A stretch of 64,000 bases of DNA, taken from positions 26,944-90,943 of the forward strand of contig CAZHPR010000001.1 of NCBI GenBank assembly GCA_964534305.1, read 5' to 3'. The DNA is from an uncultured Candidatus Saccharibacteria bacterium. Its GTDB lineage: Bacteria; Patescibacteriota; Minisyncoccia; Phycocordibacterales; WO2-35-19. Positions 1 to 9,543 of the stretch are shown piece after piece. The translations under genes were made by a program, and so were the position numbers. The stretch's first letter is position 1, and each line of letters starts with the position of its first letter. Below the pieces are notes generated by a model, which saw only the letters and a list, made by a program, of their open reading frames with translations, made no database searches and was not told the origin of the DNA.

Positions 1-91
1 CGTCCATAACCGAGATAGATCTTTCTATAACTGACTCAAAGAGGAGGTTGCCTATCCTCTCTATATACTTTTCTTGTTCCTCGCTATCCAT
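1..91 (-). CDS. Partial CDS (N-terminal 30 codons, MDSEEQEKYIERIGNLLFESVIERSISVMD...) that runs off the left edge; function unknown
   Basis: ATG at 91 on the minus strand with an open frame to position 1; too short to judge. Confidence 0.2.
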   Translation of the reverse strand, partial: MDSEEQEKYIERIGNLLFESVIERSISVMD

Positions 92-153
92 AGAGGTCAG
101 GCCGAAATCTTCTGCTATTTTGTTTTTTAGATTATTGTCCAATTTTTTGTTTT

Positions 154-3100
154 TTAGGCTACCATTTTCATAGGAGATTTTATATTTGAGACACCTTGGC
201 TGTGCTTCTCCATAACAAACCTACCAAGTCTCTTTGTGAAGTCTGCAACGTTCTCATTTTCATAAGGCTTTACATTGCCGTCTGTCATTTCGATAAGACC
301 CAAGAGTTGATCTCCGAATTCCTTATGCTTTGCTGATTTTGCAAGTTCGGAAACTACGTTTGGTGGCAACTTGGTATCAGCAGAATCATCTGTAAAGTAT
401 TTTATCACCTCATTCGCTGATAGTCCCTTCATTAATCCCCAGTCTTTTGTATTTGCTCCAATAACCTTACGTAGTCCAAGAAATCCCTCACTACCATAAG
501 CCCTCTGGATATCATTATTAAACGCTCTCTCTACTGCTGTATCCAAGCTTGAAAGGTCTCCTCCGTTATTTATGTTTCTTATCAAGTTATTTGTATCCCC
601 TCTCATTGTCCTGAGCGTATCAGGATTTATAATTCCCCTATTTGACGGCTCTACTATTTTTGAATCCCTCTCTAATTGTTCCAATCTCCCTCTCGCATTC
701 CTTATCTCATCTTCTAACACCTCCCTTTGAGGAAAAGCTCTATTATCTTGCAGTGAACCAGTTTTATTTCTAATCTCTTCTTCGATAAGTTTTTCTACTT
801 CACTTTGCAAACCATCAATCTTTTTCGATGTCCCTAGTACATCATCAATAACATCCACCCTACCACCAGGACCTGTATAATTATCTTTTACATAATTTAC
901 AGAATTTTTAAGCTCCAATATTTTATCTTCAAGAACCTTGATTCTATCAATGTCCACACCGAGTTCTCTTAGTTGGTTTATCTTTTCACTTATCCTGTCT
1001 ATTTTTTCTAAAGAACCACTCATAAAGGCGGCTCTCTCAGTTTCAGAAAAAATGCCTTTGTTTGATACAGGCGAATCTTCGATATCAGAAGATAGTGTTT
1101 TTGGTATTTCTGAAGGTTCTGGAGTCACTTTGTAAGAGTTTTCTATCTCTGTAGCTCTCTGTACCTCTTGGGCTTCTAGTTCAGGACTCATTCTCTCTGC
1201 TCTTGATATAACTTTTTCAAATTCAGCCTTGTCGTCAAAAGCCTCTGATAAATCAACTGGTTTGCCAACTTCAAGTTTTACACCATATTTAGGATCGGCT
1301 TCAAAGCCAAATTTCTCTGGAGAATTCAAAATCTTATTAGAATAGTAAGCCAATACGTTATTTTTCTGACCAACAGAAAGGGCAGCAAACCTTTCATTAT
1401 TCAAAAGAGCTTCTCTTGTAATGCCCCAAAGAGACCCCTCTTTTGGCACATTTTGCAACATAGCTTCTTTATAATTTGCACCGAACATTTCTTGCAAATC
1501 TACCGAGTCAGCATTTTCTGTAATCTCCGGCTTTACAGCTTCCACAGGTCTCATTTTTGGAACCTCAGTCGATTCTGAAGGAGCAGTTTTGGGTTTAACT
1601 AAATTTTCTGCAGCCCCTCCACCAGTTCCACTGTAGTAACTATTAAATAGTCCACCAGATACAGCACTGGTAATTCCTCCAGCAAGAGCGGCCATACCAA
1701 TCTTTTTAAGATTTAGATTTCTTAATCTTCTATCGAACTCTTTTTCCAGTTCTTCTATTCTTTTACTTTTTTCTTCAACAGAACCCTCCGAGTCTTTTAT
1801 TTTTTGTTCTTCTTGCGTTTTCCATTCTTGCAACTGCTCAGGCTTTAGTATTTTATTTGAAAGACCCATACCAAAACCGCTACCAACAAAAGCTCCAATA
1901 CCTCTTGCTAATCTATATCCTCCTGCACTAACGGCAGCCCCTAATGTGCCAGTCGGCGCCGCAAAAGCAACTCCAGCTGCAATAAGAGAAAATATGGTTG
2001 TATTTAAAGCAAATCTCTGGCCTCTAGTAAGGCCCGCATACCACTTCATACTCTTAGTACCGAGTAGACCTCTAAAACTCTCTTTGGCTTTGTCTAGAAT
2101 ATTTTCACCTCTTGCTGCTTTTATAGACGCATTATAGGAATCATTCTCAGATTTCAATACCTTATACAGCTCATCATCAAACTTAGATTTGACCAACTTT
2201 TCTTGCTCTGGTGTGAGAGGTCCATATACTTCACTTCCTCTTATCTCTGCCCCTATTTGTTTTAGGAGCTCTTCTTTTTTTGAATTATATTCATCTTTCA
2301 GAACAAAGAAACTTTTACCTGTTTTACCACTATAGTTGTGAGTTAGAGCATCCATCTCAGCAAGCTCTGACCTTATACTAGAAAGTTCCTGCAAAATTCT
2401 TTCCTTTTCAGGATTTTGGACTGCCTGCTCAACGTTATCAGCAACTTCTTCCACATTACCCAACTGAGTAGCCTCGGGGGACTCTTCCACACTTTCAACC
2501 TGCGGTTCAACAGCGGTTTTATCTTTCAAATATGGCAAAACTGTATTCCTAATAGCATTTAAAATATCTTCTCCTGTATTTAAAAAACCAACATCTAGGG
2601 TATTTGCTTCCTCCATATAAACAGGAAACACAACCTCCTCACCTTTTGTAATAATCTTAAAATTAGAGTCTTTTAGGATCCTCCTTTCATTTTCTTCTAA
2701 GTCTTGCAGGGCGCCGTCTATTTCCACCTTAAGATCATATTCTTCGGTAGACTTTTTTGGATCGTAATTGGATAAATCCACTCTTCCAAATTCAATCCCA
2801 TTGTTTTTTGGTTCCCTCAAGCCTTCCCGATCTTGATCCAACTGAGTAGACCCCAGTAATTCTCCCATGTTTTCAGCTTGCGGTTCAACAGCAGGCTTAT
2901 CCAAAATCGGATCTTCTTGAGACACACCCTCTTCTACAACAACATCTTGTTTTTCTTGAGGGGTGCTATTTTTAACTAATAATTTTTCCTCTTTTAAAAT
3001 TGGGATGACTGTATCCGTAACATATTGGTATATGTGTGTAGGCTCAGCATCAGCTCTTATTGTTAGCACCTTCTCAGATTCATCATAAACCGCAGAATTC

Positions 3101-3720
3101 ATCGCCCCCTCAACCAATCTTATTTTTATACCTTGAAAAAAATCTTTGATCTCTTTTTGAGTCTTCATTACTAAAGCCCTAAAAGCACGCGCGATATTGT
3201 CGTATGCTTTTATCTTTTCTTGCTCACTGAGATTTGTAAAATCCTCCCCTCTTATCAGCTCTATATTATTCCCAGTACTAGAAAAAACTCCTGCCAAATT
3301 TCTCACAGCACTAGCCAAACTAGTTGATTCTGGAGATACTGCGTTACTTAAGCTTACTACATCAAAACCCAATACAGGCTTTACTGGTCTCGGAACAGCA
3401 ACCTCACTTTGCTGAGTCCCACCAGGAATTTTGCTCTCTAGAGTTTCTGGTGCCTCTAAACCAATAGTATCTTGCGCTTGTTTAGCTTGTTTAGCTTGTT
3501 CTGCTCTTTCCAAAACTGTATTAGCCCACTTGCCTCTTTTGCTATGAGTTGTTTCTTTTTGATCAGGTACAACCTCGCCTTCATTCTCAGATATCCATTT
3601 CTTTTTATCACCAAGAGACCAGTTTTCAAAATTTTCTGGTCTTGAAGGTGTCTCATTACCATAGGTTTCTCCAAAATTAATCTCGCTAGTTGCCATGTTG
3701 AATTTAATTATAGAACACAA
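154..3720 (-). CDS. Giant hypothetical protein (1188 aa), acidic and coiled-coil rich, with internal repeats and two glycine-zipper-like hydrophobic segments
   Basis: Long uninterrupted ORF. Gly/Ala-rich hydrophobic stretches (AAGVAFAAPTGTLGAAVSAGGY...GAFVGSGFGMGL; GMAALAGGITSAVSGGLF) are flanked by Lys/Glu-rich coiled-coil-like sequence. No recognisable catalytic motif. Confidence 0.5.
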   Translation of the reverse strand: MCSIIKFNMATSEINFGETYGNETPSRPENFENWSLGDKKKWISENEGEVVPDQKETTHSKRGKWANTVLERAEQAKQAKQAQDTIGLEAPETLESKIPGGTQQSEVAVPRPVKPVLGFDVVSLSNAVSPESTSLASAVRNLAGVFSSTGNNIELIRGEDFTNLSEQEKIKAYDNIARAFRALVMKTQKEIKDFFQGIKIRLVEGAMNSAVYDESEKVLTIRADAEPTHIYQYVTDTVIPILKEEKLLVKNSTPQEKQDVVVEEGVSQEDPILDKPAVEPQAENMGELLGSTQLDQDREGLREPKNNGIEFGRVDLSNYDPKKSTEEYDLKVEIDGALQDLEENERRILKDSNFKIITKGEEVVFPVYMEEANTLDVGFLNTGEDILNAIRNTVLPYLKDKTAVEPQVESVEESPEATQLGNVEEVADNVEQAVQNPEKERILQELSSIRSELAEMDALTHNYSGKTGKSFFVLKDEYNSKKEELLKQIGAEIRGSEVYGPLTPEQEKLVKSKFDDELYKVLKSENDSYNASIKAARGENILDKAKESFRGLLGTKSMKWYAGLTRGQRFALNTTIFSLIAAGVAFAAPTGTLGAAVSAGGYRLARGIGAFVGSGFGMGLSNKILKPEQLQEWKTQEEQKIKDSEGSVEEKSKRIEELEKEFDRRLRNLNLKKIGMAALAGGITSAVSGGLFNSYYSGTGGGAAENLVKPKTAPSESTEVPKMRPVEAVKPEITENADSVDLQEMFGANYKEAMLQNVPKEGSLWGITREALLNNERFAALSVGQKNNVLAYYSNKILNSPEKFGFEADPKYGVKLEVGKPVDLSEAFDDKAEFEKVISRAERMSPELEAQEVQRATEIENSYKVTPEPSEIPKTLSSDIEDSPVSNKGIFSETERAAFMSGSLEKIDRISEKINQLRELGVDIDRIKVLEDKILELKNSVNYVKDNYTGPGGRVDVIDDVLGTSKKIDGLQSEVEKLIEEEIRNKTGSLQDNRAFPQREVLEDEIRNARGRLEQLERDSKIVEPSNRGIINPDTLRTMRGDTNNLIRNINNGGDLSSLDTAVERAFNNDIQRAYGSEGFLGLRKVIGANTKDWGLMKGLSANEVIKYFTDDSADTKLPPNVVSELAKSAKHKEFGDQLLGLIEMTDGNVKPYENENVADFTKRLGRFVMEKHSQGVSNIKSPMKMVA

Positions 3721-3896
3721 GACTAAAAGCGCAATTATAAATGTAGAAAGAGGTTCGCTTGACAGCCGAAACTCTCGGGTGTATAATGGTTCTAATACTG
3801 AATGATAGACACTCGCCTACCCGCGAGATTTTTCTTTTCAATTTTTGTATTATTTCGTATTAATTCGTTAATTTATTCATCTAATTTTCTAATAAA

Positions 3897-5051
3897 ATGT
3901 TTGATCTAAAGGTTATAAATTCGGTCCTTGCCCAATTAGAAGAGGAGCGAGGCATCGCCAGAGAAAAGGTCCTTGAGGCAATCGAGGCTGCTTTGGCAAC
4001 AGCTTACAAAAAGGAGTACGGCAAAAAAGGCCAGATAATAAAGGCAAAATTTGATCTAAACACTGGCGCAGTAGAGATGGAACAGGTAAAGATCGTGGTA
4101 GACGAGTCAAAGGTATTTATGGACAAAGAGTCTTACCAAGAGGCAATCCAAACCGCAGAAGAAACTGACGACGAGAGAGTATTGTTCAACCCAGAACACC
4201 ACATACTTTTGGAGGATGCCAAGAGAATAAAGAGAGACGCCGCAATAGGAGATGAAATCGTATTCCCTATTGAATCAAAAGGAGATTATGGCCGCATAGC
4301 ATCGCAGACAGCAAAGCAGGTTATTATGCAAAAAATAAGAGAAGCCGAGAGAGGTTCTGTACTCAAAGAATTTGGTGAGCGAGAAGGAGAAATAGTATCA
4401 GGAACAGTACAAAGAATAGAACGAGGCAATATATTTGTAGACGTTGGTAGAGCTGTCGGTATATTACCTTATGAAGAGCAGATCCCTGGAGAGAGATTTT
4501 CTCAAGGAGAAAGAGTTAGAGCTTATCTATACAAAGTGGAGGACGGCCCAAAGGGAGTCGCTCTGCGTCTATCTCGTTCTCATCCAAAATTCCTTGTAAA
4601 GCTTTTTGAAAACGAAGCTCCAGAACTTGCCGCTGGGACAATAGAGATAAGAGCTGTCGCAAGAGAGGCCGGCTCCAGGTCAAAGGTCGCCGTCTTTAGC
4701 AACGATACTTACATAGATCCAGTAGGATCTTTGGTTGGTCAGAGGGGCGTTAGGGTTGCAACAGTTACAAGCGAGCTTGGCGGAGAAAAGATCGATGTAA
4801 TAGAATGGTCCGACGATATAAAGACATTTATAGAAGACTCTCTCTCTCCTGCAAAGATAATATCTGTTGATATAGATGAAGAAAACAGACAGGCAAAGGT
4901 TGTTGTTTCTGAGGATCAGCAGTCTCTAGCTATCGGTAAAGGAGGCCAAAATGTTCGCCTTGCAGCAAAGCTTACCGGTTGGAGGATTGATATCAGCTCA
5001 ATAGCCGGCAAAGATCTTGGTAGCGCAGAAGGAGAGGTAGAATTATCCTAA
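3897..5051 (+). CDS. nusA: Transcription termination/antitermination factor NusA
   Basis: NusA N-terminal domain followed by S1 and tandem KH regions (…IGKGGQNVRLAAKLTGWRIDI…). Confidence 0.9.
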   Translation: MFDLKVINSVLAQLEEERGIAREKVLEAIEAALATAYKKEYGKKGQIIKAKFDLNTGAVEMEQVKIVVDESKVFMDKESYQEAIQTAEETDDERVLFNPEHHILLEDAKRIKRDAAIGDEIVFPIESKGDYGRIASQTAKQVIMQKIREAERGSVLKEFGEREGEIVSGTVQRIERGNIFVDVGRAVGILPYEEQIPGERFSQGERVRAYLYKVEDGPKGVALRLSRSHPKFLVKLFENEAPELAAGTIEIRAVAREAGSRSKVAVFSNDTYIDPVGSLVGQRGVRVATVTSELGGEKIDVIEWSDDIKTFIEDSLSPAKIISVDIDEENRQAKVVVSEDQQSLAIGKGGQNVRLAAKLTGWRIDISSIAGKDLGSAEGEVELS

Positions 5052-5144
5052 TTATTCTAATTAACCTAATCCCCAAAAATTGAATTTGAAAGATTAGTCA
5101 TTTTTTAGAATAATTAGAGAAATTATAAATTAGAATAATTTAAT

Positions 5145-5672
5145 ATGAACTTATGGCATGAAATAGATCCTGGCAATAAAGAGAGAATGACAGTTATTGT
5201 AGAAATCAACAAAGGATCAAAAAATAAATACGAAATAGACAAAAAGACGGGCCTAATCGCTCTGGACAGAGCTGCGCATACCGCTCAGGACTTCCCTTTT
5301 GACTATGGCTTTGTACCTCAGACACTCTGGCACGACAATGACCCTCTTGATGTGATCCTACTTACTACCTACCCATTACTACCTGGAGTAATGGTACACG
5401 CAAGACCGGTCGCTATTATGAATATGATTGATGGAGGCGACGCGGATGACAAAATAATCGCAGTACCATGTGAAGACCCGAGATGGGACGAGATAAAAGA
5501 TCTTTCTGATCTAAACAAGCATACACTCAAAGAAATAGAGCACTTCTATTCAACTTACAAAAAACTTCAGAACAAAGTAGTTGAGGTGCACGGGTTTAAA
5601 GGCAAGCAAGACGCCGAAAAAGCTTTTGAAGAGAGCCTTGAAATCTACAAAAAGAAGTACAAAAATGCTTAA
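5145..5672 (+). CDS. ppa: Inorganic pyrophosphatase
   Basis: Family I PPase motifs (…DPLDVIL…, DGGDADDKIIAV). Confidence 0.9.
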   Translation: MNLWHEIDPGNKERMTVIVEINKGSKNKYEIDKKTGLIALDRAAHTAQDFPFDYGFVPQTLWHDNDPLDVILLTTYPLLPGVMVHARPVAIMNMIDGGDADDKIIAVPCEDPRWDEIKDLSDLNKHTLKEIEHFYSTYKKLQNKVVEVHGFKGKQDAEKAFEESLEIYKKKYKNA

Positions 5673-5679
5673 ACACAAA

Positions 5680-5710
5680 AACCCCTTCCACAAAAAGGGG
5701 TTTTTGTTTT
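5680..5710 (+). terminator. Rho-independent terminator after ppa
   Basis: CCCCTTccacaaaAAGGGG hairpin followed by TTTTTGTTTT. Confidence 0.7.
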
Positions 5711-5781
5711 CTATATTAGTAGTACAATTCTAGTTGTACGGTTATGATCTTTAGAAATTAATTATTAAAAAAATAAATAAA

Positions 5782-6501
5782 ATGAAAAACTCAAAATTAA
5801 AAATAATTTCAGCTATGGTGCTAGGTGCGTTGATGCTACCGATTGTCTCTAGCGCACAGACAACCACTCCGGTAAAAAACAGAGAGGAAGTAAAGGCTCA
5901 AATAGAGCAGAGGAAGCAGGAGATGGAAGAAAAAAGAGAAGAATTAAAAAACGAGTTTGAACTAAAAAAACAAGAATTTGAGGCGAAGAGAGAACAGATA
6001 AAGCAGGAGATGGAACTAAAAAAGGAGGAGATAAAACAAAAGGTAGAAGAGAGAAAGCAGTTAGTAGATAGCAAAATAGAAGAAAGGCTGTCAAACTTCG
6101 TAGAGAAACTTGAAAAAAGATTTAATTCTGCGATAGAAAGATTGGAAGTATTGGTAACTAGGATAGAGTCTAGAATAGCAAAGATGGATGAAGAAGATAT
6201 AGACACAACAAAGGCTAAGGGATTGCTGGCTGAAGCCAAGACAAAAATAGCAACCGCAAAGACAAGTGTAGCCGCAATAAGCACAAAAGCAGACGAGGTA
6301 CTTGCGGGAGATACAAAAGCTCTATACCCAGAGCTTAAGGAAGCAGTAGAAAAGGCAAAAAATGATATAAAAGAGGCTCATGCTGCTCTAGTAAAGGTAG
6401 TGAGTGAGCTAAAACCTGGATTCTATAAGAGTCGAGATGGTAAAATGTCTACCACCACCCCTTCAACATCAACAACCACTGCTACGACAACATCAAATTA
6501 A
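5782..6501 (+). CDS. Secreted coiled-coil protein with a Thr-rich C-terminus (hypothetical)
   Basis: N-terminal signal peptide (MKNSKLKIISAMVLGALMLPIVSSAQ), heptad-like K/E repeats, C-terminal TTTPSTSTTTATTTSN. Confidence 0.5.
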   Translation: MKNSKLKIISAMVLGALMLPIVSSAQTTTPVKNREEVKAQIEQRKQEMEEKREELKNEFELKKQEFEAKREQIKQEMELKKEEIKQKVEERKQLVDSKIEERLSNFVEKLEKRFNSAIERLEVLVTRIESRIAKMDEEDIDTTKAKGLLAEAKTKIATAKTSVAAISTKADEVLAGDTKALYPELKEAVEKAKNDIKEAHAALVKVVSELKPGFYKSRDGKMSTTTPSTSTTTATTTSN

Positions 6502-6521
6502 CAAAATAATCAAAAAATAAA

Positions 6522-6833
6522 ATGGACACTTTTAACCCAAACCAAATGCCTCCTATGAGCGGGATGGAACCACAGAAAAAATCTTCTGGCCCACTTATAG
6601 CGGTAATAATAATACTTGCTCTAATAGTTATTGGAGGGTTGTACTTCCTAAAAGAGAAGATGGCTAGAGACACTTATGTCCCACCACAGGAAGACTCTGT
6701 CACACAGGAGCTACAGGCGCAAAGCACCTCCGATGATCTAAACAGCATTGAAGCTGATCTAAACGCAACAGATGTGGACAACCTAGATCAAGGAGCTTCT
6801 GTTATCCAAGCAGAGATAGAGTCTCAGATTTAA
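6522..6833 (+). CDS. Small single-pass membrane protein (hypothetical)
   Basis: One hydrophobic helix (LIAVIIILALIVIGGLYFL) followed by an acidic tail. Confidence 0.4.
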   Translation: MDTFNPNQMPPMSGMEPQKKSSGPLIAVIIILALIVIGGLYFLKEKMARDTYVPPQEDSVTQELQAQSTSDDLNSIEADLNATDVDNLDQGASVIQAEIESQI

Positions 6834-6854
6834 AAAATTACCAAAAAGGAAACA

Positions 6855-6886
6855 AAGCCCCGCCTTACGGCGGGGCTTTGTTTGAT
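6855..6886 (+). terminator. Rho-independent terminator
   Basis: AAAGCCCCGCCttacGGCGGGGCTTTGTTTG. Confidence 0.7.
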
Positions 6887-6918
6887 TAGTTTTTGTGTTT
6901 ATTGTAGACTTTGAAGCC

Positions 6919-7986
6919 ATGAGTCAATATAAACTAAAAACAAATAAGCTGCCAAAAGGAGAAATTGAGATAGAGGGAGAGATAGACTCTTCCCTACTTC
7001 TTGAAGCACGAAAAAAAGCATTAAAAAAGATTGGCCAAGATGTTGAGGTTGACGGATTTCGCAAAGGAAATGTGCCAGAGAAAATAATCATAGATAAATT
7101 TGGAGAATCTTTCATCATGGAAGAGGCGGCTGAAATACTTCTTCAAGAACACTACCCTCTTATAGTTAAAGAGATGGACCTAGACACCATAGGTAGACCA
7201 AATATTTCTATAACAAAATTGGCCTTGGGCAATCCGCTCCAGTTCAAAATAAAAACAGCAACCCTACCAGAAATAAAACTCCCTGATTACAAAAAGATTG
7301 CGAAAGAAAAAAACTCAAAAAAAATTGAGATCCCGGAAGTTACCGAAAAGGAAATTGATGAGATACTACTACAGATAAGAAAAAATAAAGCTCATTTTGA
7401 CTGGCATAAATCAAATCCAAAAGAAGATGGCCACAACCATCCTGATTTTGAAAAAGAAGAAAATCTTCCAGTCTTAGATGACCAGCTTGCAAAAGAAGCG
7501 GGAAACTTTAAGGATCTTGCCGAGATGAAAGAAAAGATAAAAGAGAATATAAAAAAAGACAAAGAACTTAGGGAAGTAGAAAAAAGAAGGGGTGAAATAA
7601 TCGACGCCCTTGTAAAAGAAACTGATTTTGAGGTACCAGACATTTTGGTAGAGGCGGAAGTTTCAAAATATATGGCACAAATGCAAGACGATATAGAGAG
7701 AGCTGGGGGCAAGTTTAGCGAGTATCTATCACACATAAAGAAAACTGAAGATGATCTGAGGAAGGAGTGGCGAGAGCCGGCTGAAAATAAAGCAAAGGTA
7801 CAGCTTATATTCAACAAAATTGCCGAGACAGAAAAGTTGGAACCAAACAAAGAAATCCTAGAAAATGAAGTAAAACACTTGCTAGAACATTACCCAAATT
7901 CTAGCGAAGAAAACGCTCGTATCTACGTTTCTACTATTCTCCTCAACAGCGAAGTCCTCAAACTCCTAGAGAACCAAAAGGCTTAA
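6919..7986 (+). CDS. tig: Trigger factor with ribosome-binding N domain and C domain but no recognisable PPIase domain
   Basis: N-terminal GFRKGNVP signature and a tig-clpP neighbourhood. No FKBP-like segment is seen. Start is probably MSQYKL at 6919 rather than the ORF-track start at 6895. Confidence 0.75.
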   Translation: MSQYKLKTNKLPKGEIEIEGEIDSSLLLEARKKALKKIGQDVEVDGFRKGNVPEKIIIDKFGESFIMEEAAEILLQEHYPLIVKEMDLDTIGRPNISITKLALGNPLQFKIKTATLPEIKLPDYKKIAKEKNSKKIEIPEVTEKEIDEILLQIRKNKAHFDWHKSNPKEDGHNHPDFEKEENLPVLDDQLAKEAGNFKDLAEMKEKIKENIKKDKELREVEKRRGEIIDALVKETDFEVPDILVEAEVSKYMAQMQDDIERAGGKFSEYLSHIKKTEDDLRKEWREPAENKAKVQLIFNKIAETEKLEPNKEILENEVKHLLEHYPNSSEENARIYVSTILLNSEVLKLLENQKA

Positions 7987-8679
7987 GGCGGCGATGGCGG
8001 CGGTTTCGGCGCGCAAAACAAGAGAACCCAGAGAATACACTTGGGCTTCTTTTTGTTTAAATAGATCTAACTCCTTTGGAGACCAGCCACCTTCAGGCCC
8101 GATGAATAAGTTTACAGACTCCAGATTATAGTTTTCAGTTCCCCTCTTCTTTGCAAGGAGAGGGGTTAGGGGTGAGGTAGAAGAAGGCTCCAATATAATC
8201 ACCCCTCCTTCTGTTTCCTCAATACTATCTGCTAACTGCTTAATGCTATTTATCTCCGGTACATCAGCTCTGCCGCACTGCTCGCTTGCCTCTATCGCAA
8301 TCCTCTTTGCTCTTTCAAGGTTAAAACCTTTTTTCTCACTTCTTTCTGAAAGGATTGGAATTATTTTTGAGACCCCAAGTTCTGTCGCCTTTTCTATCAC
8401 CAGCTCAAGGTTATCTTTTTTTATCAAAGAAATATAAAGACTAATTTTATTTTTAGGGACCACTCCCCCTCTCTCTTCTAAGAGTCTCACCCAAGCTTCT
8501 CGATTGTTTATTGTTTCTATAACGTATAGGTATTCGCTCCCCCTACCGTCAAAGAGGACAACCTCGCTCCCAACATTGTATCTAAAGACACTTCTCCACT
8601 GGTGCATCAAATCTCTATCCTGCAACAGGGTCCTATCGCTACCTAAATCCTTTTTTATATAAAACCTATGTAGTCGCAT
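7966..8679 (-). CDS. rsmE: 16S rRNA (uracil1498-N3)-methyltransferase RsmE carrying a 15-aa in-frame repeat-element insertion
   Basis: RsmE family motifs (…LFIGPEGGWSPKE…, N-terminal PUA-like domain). The STSPLTPLLAKKRGT segment is encoded by the palindromic element at 8139-8183. Confidence 0.8.
   Translation of the reverse strand: MRLHRFYIKKDLGSDRTLLQDRDLMHQWRSVFRYNVGSEVVLFDGRGSEYLYVIETINNREAWVRLLEERGGVVPKNKISLYISLIKKDNLELVIEKATELGVSKIIPILSERSEKKGFNLERAKRIAIEASEQCGRADVPEINSIKQLADSIEETEGGVIILEPSSTSPLTPLLAKKRGTENYNLESVNLFIGPEGGWSPKELDLFKQKEAQVYSLGSLVLRAETAAIAALSLLVL
8139..8183. repeat. G+C-rich palindromic element (solo copy) inserted in frame within rsmE
   Basis: GTTCCCCTCTTCTTTGCAAGGAGAGGGGTTAGGGGTGAGGTAGAA. 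The same 45-bp unit is also at 11931-11975. Confidence 0.85.
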
Positions 8680-8728
8680 AACTACCCAATACTAGCGCAA
8701 ATTTGAAAATTGTGCTATACTAATTGGT

Positions 8729-9322
8729 ATGAAAAACACAAAAAATTCAATATTGGTCCCTACCGTTATAGAAAAGGTGCCCGGAGGAGAAAGAGCCTTT
8801 GATATATACTCTCGTCTACTTAAAGAGAGGATAATATTCCTAGGTGGTCCGATAGAAGACACAATGGCAAACCTAATAATCGCCCAGCTTCTGTTTCTCC
8901 AGAGTGAGGATCCAAAGAAAGACATTTCTATCTACATAAACTCTCCCGGAGGATCGGTAACTTCAACCCTCGCAATTATAGACACTATGAACTTTATAAA
9001 GCCAGATGTGTCTACTGTTTGCGTCGGTATTGCAGCTTCGGGTGCCGCGATGGTGCTTTCCGCTGGTAAGAAAGGAAAGAGACTTATACTTCCAAACGCA
9101 GAAGTCATGATTCACCAGCCACTTGGTGGAGCCGAGGGACAAGCAACAGATATTGCAATAACCGCAAAACACATACTAAAGACCAAGGACAGGCTAAACA
9201 AAATGCTCGCAGACAACACAGGAAGACCGCTTTCTCAAATAGAGAAGGACGTAGAGAGAGACTTCTTTATGGACAGCGAAGAAGCCAAAAGATACGGAAT
9301 TATAGACAAGGTAATCTCATAA
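8729..9322 (+). CDS. clpP: ATP-dependent Clp protease proteolytic subunit
   Basis: ClpP Ser-His-Asp context (…[14 protein letters not shown]…, HQPLGG). Confidence 0.9.
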   Translation: MKNTKNSILVPTVIEKVPGGERAFDIYSRLLKERIIFLGGPIEDTMANLIIAQLLFLQSEDPKKDISIYINSPGGSVTSTLAIIDTMNFIKPDVSTVCVGIAASGAAMVLSAGKKGKRLILPNAEVMIHQPLGGAEGQATDIAITAKHILKTKDRLNKMLADNTGRPLSQIEKDVERDFFMDSEEAKRYGIIDKVIS

Positions 9323-9336
9323 ATCTATAAAATTTA

Positions 9337-9380
9337 GCAAGACCCGCCTCAAAAAGGCGGGTCTTGCTAAAAAGTGTTAT
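9337..9380 (+). terminator. Rho-independent terminator after clpP
   Basis: GCAAGACCCGCCtcaaaaaGGCGGGTCTTGC followed by an A/T-rich tail. Confidence 0.75.
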
Positions 9381-9543
9381 TCTTTGTATACTTATAGTAT
9401 TAATATTTAATTCAAAGTGATTTTGTTTTCCGAAAGACTTTATCGATAGAAAATCCAAAAACAAATAAAATATGTTTAAAATATACAAAAACAGAAATAC
9501 TGAACAAAAAAGTGTAAAAGAAAACACAGTCACTCGTTAGAAC

